Source of the DNA: Candidatus Pacearchaeota archaeon
Lineage (GTDB): Archaea > Nanobdellota > Nanobdellia > Pacearchaeales > GW2011-AR1
Reading direction: 5' to 3'
Assembly: GCA_018303825.1 (NCBI GenBank)
Contig: JAGVXK010000020.1
Location: forward strand, 8,569 to 72,568
Length of the DNA stretch: 64,000 nt
The notes beneath the pieces are model-generated. The model was not told the DNA's origin. It did no database searches and worked only from the letters and a program-made list of their open reading frames with translations. Within the stretch, counting starts at the first letter, position 1. Every line of letters begins with the position of its first letter. This document shows, piece after piece, positions 46,294-54,323 of the stretch. The position numbers and the translations under genes are program-made.

Positions 46294-46494
46294 TTATCCT
46301 AGATGGGTCTTCTTGGCTCTCCTTGGTTTTATTCTTAGTTTTGTTCTTCTCCAATGTCTTCTTTTCTTGGTAATCTGAGATGGATGAACTCTTTTTCCCT
46401 GGCCGTGCTTTCGCAGAACTGCCCAGAACGGAGCCCATTTTGTCCTTCTGTTGTGGACGCCAAGCTTTACTTTTTTTTGAAGTGCCTGTTTCAT
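46294..46494 (-). CDS. rpl39e: Ribosomal protein eL39
   Basis: ...HNRRTKWAPFWAVLRK...KKRRHWRRTKL...; ATGA overlap with eS19. Confidence 0.85.
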   Translation of the reverse strand: MKQALQKKVKLGVHNRRTKWAPFWAVLRKHGQGKRVHPSQITKKRRHWRRTKLRIKPRRAKKTHLG

Positions 46495-46910
46495 TTTGCT
46501 TCTCCTGCAAGATTTTCAAGAAATTCCTTTCCTTTAGCTGTTAATTGCCTGCCTGAATGCTTTGCTTTTACTTTTTCTGTTAATCCAGCGGAATCTGCCT
46601 GTTGTAATATCTTTCTTATTATTTTTCCTCCAGCCTTGTAAAAATGCGCTGGTTTTGCTCCTTTTCCTTTTCTGGAGCCATACCTTGTTCTCAATCTTTC
46701 TACACCAACTACTTTTTTTACATAAATCTGTCTTAATATAGAAGCAGCTCTTTTATACCAAAAGTCTGAATCAATATTTGGTCTTTTCTTGCTTGCTCCT
46801 GTTTTTACAAAATCAACCCACTCTGGCTTCTTGAATTCTGGAAGTTTCTTTAAAGCCTCAGCTAGAGAACTATTATACTTACCAGGCTCAATCATTCTTA
46901 TGTCTGTCAT
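46491..46910 (-). CDS. rps19e: Ribosomal protein eS19
   Basis: PEWVDFVKTGASKKRPN..DFWYKRAASILRQIY...VGVERLRTRYGS; ATG at 46910 (track start is GTG). Confidence 0.85.
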   Translation of the reverse strand: MTDIRMIEPGKYNSSLAEALKKLPEFKKPEWVDFVKTGASKKRPNIDSDFWYKRAASILRQIYVKKVVGVERLRTRYGSRKGKGAKPAHFYKAGGKIIRKILQQADSAGLTEKVKAKHSGRQLTAKGKEFLENLAGEAK

Positions 46911-47043
46911 CTTAATGTAGTAGGCCGTGCTTTGCAACACTAGATCGGCTCAAGGCCGCTAGACCCAACACTCCTTAAGAAATTTGCTTTATAAATCTAT
47001 GGTTCTGGCGTGTATTTATTGCATCTTCGGGACTTAAATCTAT

Positions 47044-48106
47044 TTAAAGAAGATACCTAGAAATAGAAACCTGCTTCAATCTTTCTTTTTTGACTTTTTG
47101 AATCTCCTTTAATATTTTCTTCCTAAGATTAAATGAATTTGACCATTTAACATATGCTTGCCAACCTTGACAGCTTTCCATTAATTTCCAATAAGAGATC
47201 TCGCACTTTTTCAGTTCGTTTATCCTTTTTTGCATTTTTCTTATATTTCTCTTCCTTACCAATCTGAAACGATAAAAATTTCTGAATCCAACAAAGTCAG
47301 TCCCCCTTGAAAGAGGAATTATCCTTGATTTTTGAGGATGAAGTTCTATCTTCAATCTTTCTCTCAAAAAGGGGTCAATTTGTTCTTTCCATATTTCTAA
47401 TTGTCTGTCAGATTCATGCAAAATAACAAAATCATCAACATAACGAATGTAGTACTTAGCTTTCAAAATGTGTTTAACGTAATAATCTAACTTATTAAGA
47501 TAAACATTAGCGAAGAATTGAGAAGTTAAATTGCCCAAAGGCATACCCTTCGGGCGTCCGCCCCCCCCCCGATTGGACTGTATTGCTAAGAATTCGGCGA
47601 ATCAGCCAAATAACTTTTTCATCAGCTATTTTTCTTCTAATTATCTTTAAAAGAATTTCATGATCAACCTCTTTAAAATAATGCCTTATATCTGCTTTAA
47701 GGCAGAAAGCATTTCTCGTAAGGTTTTTTGTAATTTTTCTTGAAAATAAGTTAAATCTGCTCAAAGCAAACAAATTGCCCTTACCAATCTGATTGGCGCA
47801 TGAATCATAAATAAATTCTCTCTCAAACATGCGACTTATAACTAAGATGATAGCGTGATGAACAACTCTATCCCTAAAATCTGATTTAGAGATTACTCTT
47901 GTTTTCGGGTCTCTCAAAACAAAAGTTGTTAATGGCCTTAGTTTATAGGTTTTATTTTTTAATTCATAATGCAAAGCAAGAAGATTTTCTATTAGGTGCT
48001 TTTCAAATTCAACAACATCTTTATGCAAGGTTTTTCCTTTTCTTGCTTTTCTCCAAGCAAGAATCAAGTTTTCCATAGAGTAGATCTTACAAAATAAACT
48101 TTCCAT
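47044..48106 (-). CDS. DGR-type reverse transcriptase, split into two frames at a G10 (coding-strand) homopolymer
   Basis: Track ORFs 47507-48106 and 47044-47544 join across 47561-47570. Motifs LRDPKTRVI, C-L-K-ADIRHYF, GMPLGNLTSQFFANVYL ([LIV]GxxxSQ), YVDD. Confidence 0.85.
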
Positions 48107-48116
48107 ATTATGATAA

Positions 48117-48131
48117 TTCTGGTAGCCAGAA
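48117..48131 (-). other. Hairpin TTCTGG-TAG-CCAGAA between TR and the RT start codon
   Basis: 6-bp perfect stem, 3-nt loop; lies 2 nt from the TR 3' end (coding orientation) and 10 nt from the RT ATG. Confidence 0.55.
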
Positions 48132-48132
48132 C

Positions 48133-48223
48133 TATTCCAAAGACAGAGCCATTATCATTGTTCAGGTTCCTGTTGTTGCAGTTGAAGTTAGACCTGTTGT
48201 TCCTGTCAAGCCTGTTCAACCAG
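48133..48223 (-). repeat. DGR template repeat (TR)
   Basis: Ungapped 91-nt alignment to 48548-48638; 77 identities; all 14 differences are A on the coding strand of TR. Confidence 0.88.
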
Positions 48224-48328
48224 GCGTTATAGTCAATTTATCTTCATGTCACCACTGCTTCACGTATGTTGCAGTTGAATTTTATGGCTTAAAATAAACC
48301 TAAATATGCGCTAATAAACTAACTTGTA

Positions 48329-48347
48329 GTTCTGGTGCTACCAGAAC
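48329..48347 (-). other. Hairpin GTTCTGGT-GCT-ACCAGAAC downstream of the target gene stop / upstream of TR
   Basis: 8-bp perfect stem; stem sequence related to the 48117-48131 hairpin. Confidence 0.5.
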
Positions 48348-48382
48348 CAATTTGATAAGAAATAAGGATTTTATAAATCTGA

Positions 48383-49210
48383 TTACTTTTTAAAGAAATC
48401 AGCAACCTTTCTCAGTGAAGCTGTGCCTCTCTTACCTTCAATAACACCATCTATTATAGTTAAATATTGTTTTGCCTGTCTCGGAGTATAACCACGAACT
48501 TTTGGCTCGTTAATTTGGCGCGAAGTGCCTTCGGCACTTTCCACAGAAACCCCAAAGACAGAGCCATAATCATCGCTCAGGCTCCTGTCGTTGCAGATGA
48601 AGGCAGACCTGTAGTTCCTGTCAAGCCCGTCCAACCAGTGTCCTCTTGCATAATCTTCCCCAGTTATTCTTGGCAAATAAACAGTAACTTCTGGCAATCT
48701 CAAATTCTCTGGCAATTCATTTCTTAAAAATAATCCATATCTATTAGCTAATTCTGGACTTTCAGCTTTCCATCTTATTGTTGGATCATCAGCAAAACTA
48801 TCTGTTGGAACTGGATGAGTTTTAGCCTGTCCAAGATTCAAAACCCTTTTTTGTTCTAAAGGTTTTATTTCATCTTTTTCAGCTATCTGCCTAAGTACTT
48901 GAGTAAATGGTCTCTTGCCTTTTCTTATTTCATCAGTTAAATAAAATTCGCCTGTTCTCTGAGCTTCTACAGCTTGTTTTGCATAGGGAATAAGCGGATT
49001 AAATTCTGCTCTTGCCAGCAATATTGCTCCATCAACAACATTAGAATCTTCTGCTGTCCAAGCTCCTCCTTCAAAATGTGTTTGATCATTAACTCCTCTT
49101 TCTAATCTATCTTCAATAAGTTCTCTTCCTGTAGAAACACGCTTATTTGCATTCTTAGCTTGTGCTAAACAATATGCCCAATTTCCTTGGTCAATTCTTT
49201 GTAATTTCAT
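48383..49210 (-). CDS. DGR target (variable) protein, 275 aa, VR near the C-terminus
   Basis: Contains the VR (WLDGLDRNYRSAFICNDRSLSDDYGSVFG); no N-terminal hydrophobic signal visible. Confidence 0.85.
   Translation of the reverse strand: MKLQRIDQGNWAYCLAQAKNANKRVSTGRELIEDRLERGVNDQTHFEGGAWTAEDSNVVDGAILLARAEFNPLIPYAKQAVEAQRTGEFYLTDEIRKGKRPFTQVLRQIAEKDEIKPLEQKRVLNLGQAKTHPVPTDSFADDPTIRWKAESPELANRYGLFLRNELPENLRLPEVTVYLPRITGEDYARGHWLDGLDRNYRSAFICNDRSLSDDYGSVFGVSVESAEGTSRQINEPKVRGYTPRQAKQYLTIIDGVIEGKRGTASLRKVADFFKK
48523..48539 (-). other. Hairpin AAGTGCC-GAA-GGCACTT (coding strand) 9 nt downstream of VR
   Basis: 7-bp GC-containing perfect stem, 3-nt loop, inside the coding region just after the adenine-free GGCTCTGTCTTTGG end of VR. 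Confidence 0.6.
48548..48638 (-). repeat. DGR variable repeat (VR)
   Basis: See TR; in frame within 48383-49210. Confidence 0.88.
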
Positions 49211-49287
49211 ATTTTTTATAGAAATAATACCTATTTAAACCTTTCGCTATTGTTACTATCTAATAGTTAATACAACTCATCTTACTG

Positions 49288-49542
49288 TTATACTTTATCT
49301 TTATTTTTTCCAGCTTGTCGTCTTAAAATTATAGTAAATCCGATTATTCTGAACTCGCAATGAACATCCAGCTTGGATTGAATGGATTTTGCCATTTCCT
49401 GGATTGAATCTCTGTCTCTTCCAGAGGATTTGAGGACAGCGATTCTTATTCTTTTGTGGGTTTTGAGAGCATTATTTAATCCTTCTATTACTCCTCCCGT
49501 AATGCCATTCTTTCCTATTTGGAATTTTGTTTCTGTTATCAT
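49288..49542 (-). CDS. YhbY/CRM-domain RNA-binding protein
   Basis: FQIGKNGITGGVIEGLNNALKTHKRIRIAVLK pattern. Confidence 0.7.
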   Translation of the reverse strand: MITETKFQIGKNGITGGVIEGLNNALKTHKRIRIAVLKSSGRDRDSIQEMAKSIQSKLDVHCEFRIIGFTIILRRQAGKNKDKV

Positions 49543-50120
49543 ATTTTTTCTATCCTGATGCCTCCTGCGGGAAGGGCAGAAAAAAGCTCTTCCTGAGATA
49601 AAGACTCTTTAACAGAAAGCTGTATCTTAGTTATTATTTCATCTTTTCTTAGTTTTCCTGGAAGTATCTTTAAAATGCCTTTTTTAACTGTTTTTTCTGG
49701 GACAGCTCTTAAAACTCCTTCCTGCCTTGTTAGAACTAATTCTAATGGAACGGTTACTGTTTCTACCTCTCCTAGAACCTGCCAAGTTCCAACCTTTGCT
49801 TTTCCAGGCTTATTAAGTTGGGAGGACCTAAAAATATCAACATCTGCTGTTTTTTTTCCTGATTTCCAGGCTTGGGAAAAACAGGCTGTGAAAACTGCCG
49901 TTTCCTCCAAGTCATTTTTACTGATTTTTTTGATATTATCTAAAATTATGCTGAACGGACTTCCTGGAGAGGAAGTATGCATAACTATGAAATCTTTTTT
50001 TTCTTTCTTAGTCAAATGAAGCATCTCTTCGTTCTGGACTGCATTCTTTCCCCCAACTACCAGCTTGCCAGAATTTGTGTAAAACCACTTATATTTCTTG
50101 TAGTTGTCAATTAAACTCAT
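49539..50120 (-). CDS. NFACT-R (DUF814) domain protein
   Basis: ...VVGGKNAVQNEEML...DFIVMHTSSPGSPFSII... typical of DUF814. Confidence 0.65.
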   Translation of the reverse strand: MSLIDNYKKYKWFYTNSGKLVVGGKNAVQNEEMLHLTKKEKKDFIVMHTSSPGSPFSIILDNIKKISKNDLEETAVFTACFSQAWKSGKKTADVDIFRSSQLNKPGKAKVGTWQVLGEVETVTVPLELVLTRQEGVLRAVPEKTVKKGILKILPGKLRKDEIITKIQLSVKESLSQEELFSALPAGGIRIEKI

Positions 50121-50183
50121 ATTTTAGGGTAATAAATTCAGTTATTAAACTTAGCTATTTAAAAAATATTTCCCAAAGAATAA

Positions 50184-50768
50184 TCAGCACATCGCTGACC
50201 TTATGAATCCGAGTCTCTTTATCTCAAAATGAAGATTTTGATCATAAACTGCGTCTGAAATTGGATTGGCAGTTGTTGTCTTCTCGACCTTGACTTGGAA
50301 TGTGACTGGAACTTCAGCAGCGTTATCTGGAAGGTTGATAGCTATAACGTCTTTTGACTTTCCATCGCTCGGGCCAATATCATATGTTCTTGTCAATGGT
50401 TTTTGTATCCAGCTATTTAATACAGCAGATGTCAAAGCAGCCTGACCAGAATTGGCATTTATTAGTGTGAATTTATATTTTGCCTGTTCTGATGCATGAA
50501 CTGCACAGGTAATATAGTTAGTCTTTCCTGGAGCAAGTTTCACAGCTTCTTCGCTCTCTCCTATGCAGGCAACTTCTCCCCCGCTGGTCCCGAATATCCT
50601 GTTTATCTCTTTATCAGCAGTATCTGAAACTCCCGCTGTTAGTCCTATTGCTTTGCACATTATACTTCTGACTAAAACCATCCCGAGAATTAGCATTGTA
50701 ACACCTAAGACAATTATGATGATAGTTCCGACAGATAATTCAATTGCTGCTTTCTTATTTTTTGTCAT
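50184..50768 (-). CDS. Putative archaeal type IV pilin-like protein
   Basis: From ATG 50768: MTKNKKAAIELSVGTIIIIVLGVTMLILGMVLV (short basic leader, then hydrophobic helix); track start is TTG 50792. Confidence 0.5.
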   Translation of the reverse strand: MTKNKKAAIELSVGTIIIIVLGVTMLILGMVLVRSIMCKAIGLTAGVSDTADKEINRIFGTSGGEVACIGESEEAVKLAPGKTNYITCAVHASEQAKYKFTLINANSGQAALTSAVLNSWIQKPLTRTYDIGPSDGKSKDVIAINLPDNAAEVPVTFQVKVEKTTTANPISDAVYDQNLHFEIKRLGFIRSAMC

Positions 50769-50769
50769 T

Positions 50770-51129
50770 TTATACTGGAAGTTGACTGGCAACCTGCTGC
50801 TGAGTTAATGCCTGAAGATACTTCTCGCATCCTCCAAAAGCATTGCACTGTTGAATGAAATTGGACAATGCCGAGATTACCCTCGCTAGTATGAAGCTGT
50901 TAATTAACAACCCTATGAATGAAAGAATTAATCCTGCGACCGCCCAGCTCGTTTTTCCTTTTCTAATTTGAATAAAGCCAAATATTACCCCCAGTACTGA
51001 CAAAACAAAGCCAACTGCCGGAGAAAAAACTGCAAATATTATCAAGAAAGCAATTAGAACGCTCAAAACTCCGAAGATAAAAGAGACTAACCCAAATGAG
51101 TTATCTACCATTTCCCCTTTTTTATCCAT
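50770..51129 (-). CDS. Small integral membrane protein (DUF4190-like)
   Basis: Three hydrophobic helices, 119 aa. Confidence 0.45.
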   Translation of the reverse strand: MDKKGEMVDNSFGLVSFIFGVLSVLIAFLIIFAVFSPAVGFVLSVLGVIFGFIQIRKGKTSWAVAGLILSFIGLLINSFILARVISALSNFIQQCNAFGGCEKYLQALTQQQVASQLPV

Positions 51130-51184
51130 TATTATCTTTATGCAAAGGGTTTTATAAAGTTTTAGTTTTGGTCGGCTTTGCGTA

Positions 51185-51892
51185 CTAATTAGCCCTTAAT
51201 TTTGCCAGAGCTTCATTTTGAATTTGCCTAATCCTTTCTCTAGTCACATGGTAGATTTTTCCAATTTCTTCAAGTGTTTTTTTCTTCCCATTTAGTCTAA
51301 GAAATCTTAGCTCCAAAACCTTTCTTTGTTGGGGGTTCAATTTTTTAAGAAGATTATGCACAAAAGCAGAATCAGATCTTTCACATATATCATCGTAGGG
51401 CATTCTTGCGTGAATATCTGTTATTAATGTCTCCATTGACTCCCCATCATCGCCGGTTGGTTCATCTATGGAAACAAATGTAACTGGTCCGTCTTTTGGA
51501 TGATATTTTGCCAGATATCTTCTTCTTTCTTTTTTCAATGCATTAAGAATATTTTTTCTTACATAATACCTTGCATAGGTACTCAATTTTGCTTTTTTCT
51601 TATTGTATGGATTATACCTATCAATTCCTTCCATTAATCCTTGATTGCCCTCGCTTATTAAGTCCAATAGTGGAACCCCTCTATAGGTATATTTTTTAGC
51701 GACATTCACAACAAGCTTCAAATTGCGATTAATTAATTCTCTTCTCGCATTTCTGTTCCCCCTCATCTTTTTTACAGCGAGTGCAAATTCTTCCTCTCTT
51801 GTTAAAAGAGGCCCAGATATCTGGGAAAGATAGACATCTAATCCATCATATGCCCTAGACCTTCTTGCTCCATCATATAATATTTTTGACAT
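51185..51892 (-). CDS. Bacterial-type sigma-70 family RNA polymerase sigma factor
   Basis: Region 1.2/2: YLSQISGPLLTREEEFALA...LINRNLKLVVNVAKKY...LLDLISEGNQGLMEGIDRYNP...KLSTYARYYVRKNI. Region 4: QRKVLELRF...TLEEIGKIYHVTRERIRQIQNEALAKLR. Confidence 0.85.
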   Translation of the reverse strand: MSKILYDGARRSRAYDGLDVYLSQISGPLLTREEEFALAVKKMRGNRNARRELINRNLKLVVNVAKKYTYRGVPLLDLISEGNQGLMEGIDRYNPYNKKKAKLSTYARYYVRKNILNALKKERRRYLAKYHPKDGPVTFVSIDEPTGDDGESMETLITDIHARMPYDDICERSDSAFVHNLLKKLNPQQRKVLELRFLRLNGKKKTLEEIGKIYHVTRERIRQIQNEALAKLRAN

Positions 51893-51973
51893 AAAAATTG
51901 ACAAGAATTGGAGTTTAAAAACCTTATAGCCTAGTTTTGCTACTGATTTGGGAGAAAATAACAGCAGATAAGA

Positions 51974-52714
51974 TTATGCAATTGAGGGTTTGCGGGTTAT
52001 CGAAGCATTGTCAAATAACCTCTTGCCGATAATAGAAAAGTCCAGGACTCCATTGTCGCGAGCATTTTCGAAAACTAAACCATAGGCATGCATTCTGTCT
52101 ATTGCCAAGCCAAATCTCACTATTCTGTCAAAATCTTCTACATAAGATCTGCTTAAATAAATTGGATTGATTTTCAGAGGAGTTGAAATAAATTTGCTTA
52201 AATCTCTGGAAACATAATCACTTCCCGGATGGTCTTTACAATCAGATGGAATCAGAAGAACTGATGCCCTCCAGGGACTTTCTCTAAATTCTCTTTTTGC
52301 CTGTTCCTCAGATGCAATTTTTCGAAATGGGGCAACTTTTTCAGCAAGGAATTTTTTATATTCTTCGAACAAAATATCTGTATTTCTTGCTGCTCTGACA
52401 AATAATGGAACGATTGGGACTGAAACTCTTCTTATTATTTCTTTAGTTAAATTTCTTTTATCATAGGGGTAAGTCACCTCATTAATCTGCATTGCCCATT
52501 CAGAGATGCCATACTCATTAATTCCTTCAATAGGTTCTAATTCTAAAAGTAATTCATCTGCCCTTTCAACTTTCTTTGCTCCAACAAGCTTATCATACTG
52601 TGTTGGGATAATTCTCAGATATAACGAATCAGAAATCTTTGGGAGCTTGCCAAACCTTCTGTTGTATGCTGCTCTTGCTTTTTTTAGAATATATTCCAAC
52701 ATTTCCATTACCAT
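51974..52714 (-). CDS. Hypothetical protein upstream of the sigma factor gene
   Basis: 246-aa ORF, no motif recognised. Confidence 0.5.
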   Translation of the reverse strand: MVMEMLEYILKKARAAYNRRFGKLPKISDSLYLRIIPTQYDKLVGAKKVERADELLLELEPIEGINEYGISEWAMQINEVTYPYDKRNLTKEIIRRVSVPIVPLFVRAARNTDILFEEYKKFLAEKVAPFRKIASEEQAKREFRESPWRASVLLIPSDCKDHPGSDYVSRDLSKFISTPLKINPIYLSRSYVEDFDRIVRFGLAIDRMHAYGLVFENARDNGVLDFSIIGKRLFDNASITRKPSIA

Positions 52715-52761
52715 AATAAAGAATATTTTCTAGCATATTTAAGTCTTCTATTTAATTTTTA

Positions 52762-53922
52762 CTACCCGCACAGACTAAATTTATCTGATGTTAACCTGAT
52801 CAAATCACTGTCAAGAATTTTCTTTCTATCGTCGGCAAAAGCTTTGAATTTAATGAAAAGAGATTCAAATTCATCCTCCCTGAAAGAATATCCTAATTGT
52901 TTATACTTTGTTCTAAGAGCATTTCTTCCTGATCTTGGACCAAAGGTTTGAATGCTTTCATAGCCAAACATTTTTGGTTCAAATATCTCATATGTATTCC
53001 TGTCTTTCAACATCCCATCCTGATGAATACCGGCTTCATGGGCAAATGCATTCTTTCCTACTATGGCTTTATTATCTTGGGGGTAATGGCCTGTGAATTG
53101 AGAGCACATCTCGCTTGTTTCTTTGATAAACTCTGTTTTTATTCCAGAATAGCCGACATTTTTCAAAATCATTGCTGCAACAATTTCCTCCAAAGCTGTA
53201 TTTCCTGCCCTTTCTCCTATTCCATTTATAGTAACCTCTGCTTGTCTGGCTCCTGCAAGAATTCCCATCAGAGTATTCGCTGTAGCCATTCCAAGATCAT
53301 TATGATTATGAATGGAAAAAATTGCGTCTAAACCAGAGTTTCTTACATTATCAATTACATATTTTATTTTTTCATATGATTCTAAAGGAGCAAGGCAGCC
53401 GACAGTATCTGGAAGATTAATAGTTGTTGCGCCCTCCTCTATTGCCGCTCTAACAACTTGAACAACATAATTTAAATCAGATCTTGAAAAATCTTCGCAT
53501 GAGAATTCTACATCATAAACATAAGATTTCGCTTTTCTAACTGCATTTCTGGCTTTTTCTATAACCCATCCATTAGTTTTCTTGAATTTTCCACTTATGT
53601 GGATGTCGCTTGTTGCAATGAATGTATGAATCCTTTGATTTTTTGCATTTTCAATGGCTTTTGCTGCTAATTCTATATCTCCCTCTACAGCTCTCGCCAA
53701 TGAGCATATTACAACATCTTCTTGCCCAAATTCCTTGGATATTTGTTTTATTGATTCGAAATCTCCGCATGAAGAAACTGCAAAACCGGCTTCTATTACA
53801 TCAACTCCCAGCTTGTGAAGCTGCTTTGCCAGAGCTAGCTTTTCATTTCTAAGGAAATGAAACCCTGGGGCTTGATCCCCGTCCCTTAATGTTGTATCGA
53901 ATATAGTTATTTTATTTGTCAT
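52762..53922 (-). CDS. 2-isopropylmalate / citramalate / homocitrate synthase family enzyme (HMGL-like domain only)
   Basis: ITIFDTTLRDGDQAPG, HNHNDLGMATANTL; lacks the long C-terminal regulatory domain; ATG at 53922. Confidence 0.8.
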   Translation of the reverse strand: MTNKITIFDTTLRDGDQAPGFHFLRNEKLALAKQLHKLGVDVIEAGFAVSSCGDFESIKQISKEFGQEDVVICSLARAVEGDIELAAKAIENAKNQRIHTFIATSDIHISGKFKKTNGWVIEKARNAVRKAKSYVYDVEFSCEDFSRSDLNYVVQVVRAAIEEGATTINLPDTVGCLAPLESYEKIKYVIDNVRNSGLDAIFSIHNHNDLGMATANTLMGILAGARQAEVTINGIGERAGNTALEEIVAAMILKNVGYSGIKTEFIKETSEMCSQFTGHYPQDNKAIVGKNAFAHEAGIHQDGMLKDRNTYEIFEPKMFGYESIQTFGPRSGRNALRTKYKQLGYSFREDEFESLFIKFKAFADDRKKILDSDLIRLTSDKFSLCG

Positions 53923-54156
53923 AGAAACCTCTAAAGATTTATGATGTAGTGAAATCAAACTAAAAATAAACTGAAAGCAAACTAGAAGCTTAATTTCACA
54001 AAAGTAAGAGCAGCAAAGCTAAAGAACTTGTTCCACTGAAGGATTTATCTGCACTTTGCATTTCTTTTAAAGAACTGGAATCTATTTAAATTTTTGCTTT
54101 TCACAGTTTATCTTCAGTACAATAAATGTTATATACTTCTTCCAGAACTTAATTTA

Positions 54157-54252
54157 ATGAAAAAAGTCAAAGCAGGAATACTTGGAGCAACTGGAGCAGC
54201 CAGAGGAGCAATCCTAACTGCTGAACTACTTCATCACAAAGGCCTTTTGTAA
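54157..54252 (+). pseudogene. 31-codon relic resembling the N-terminus of an NAD(P)-dependent semialdehyde dehydrogenase (ArgC/Asd-like)
   Basis: MKKVKAGILGATGAARGAILTAELLHHKGLL*: GxxGxxG Rossmann start, then immediate stop. Confidence 0.3.
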
Positions 54253-54323
54253 TTAATTCAATTATTCTTTTGTTTCTACCTTTTAACAAATGGTTTTATA
54301 AAGATTTGATTTTATATATAGAA

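Noticed and set aside
46289-46519. Alternative 76-aa frame overlapping eL39
   Set aside because: The other frame (46294-46494) gives the recognisable eL39 sequence (RRHWRRTKL). This one is a Lys/Ser-rich shadow frame.
50184-53958. Idea that the sigma-70 region is a bacterial contaminant contig
   Set aside because: There is no visible change in AT-richness or gene-packing style. Archaeal markers lie on both sides of the same contiguous sequence. A chimeric assembly cannot be formally excluded without reads, so this is kept as a check under the finding.
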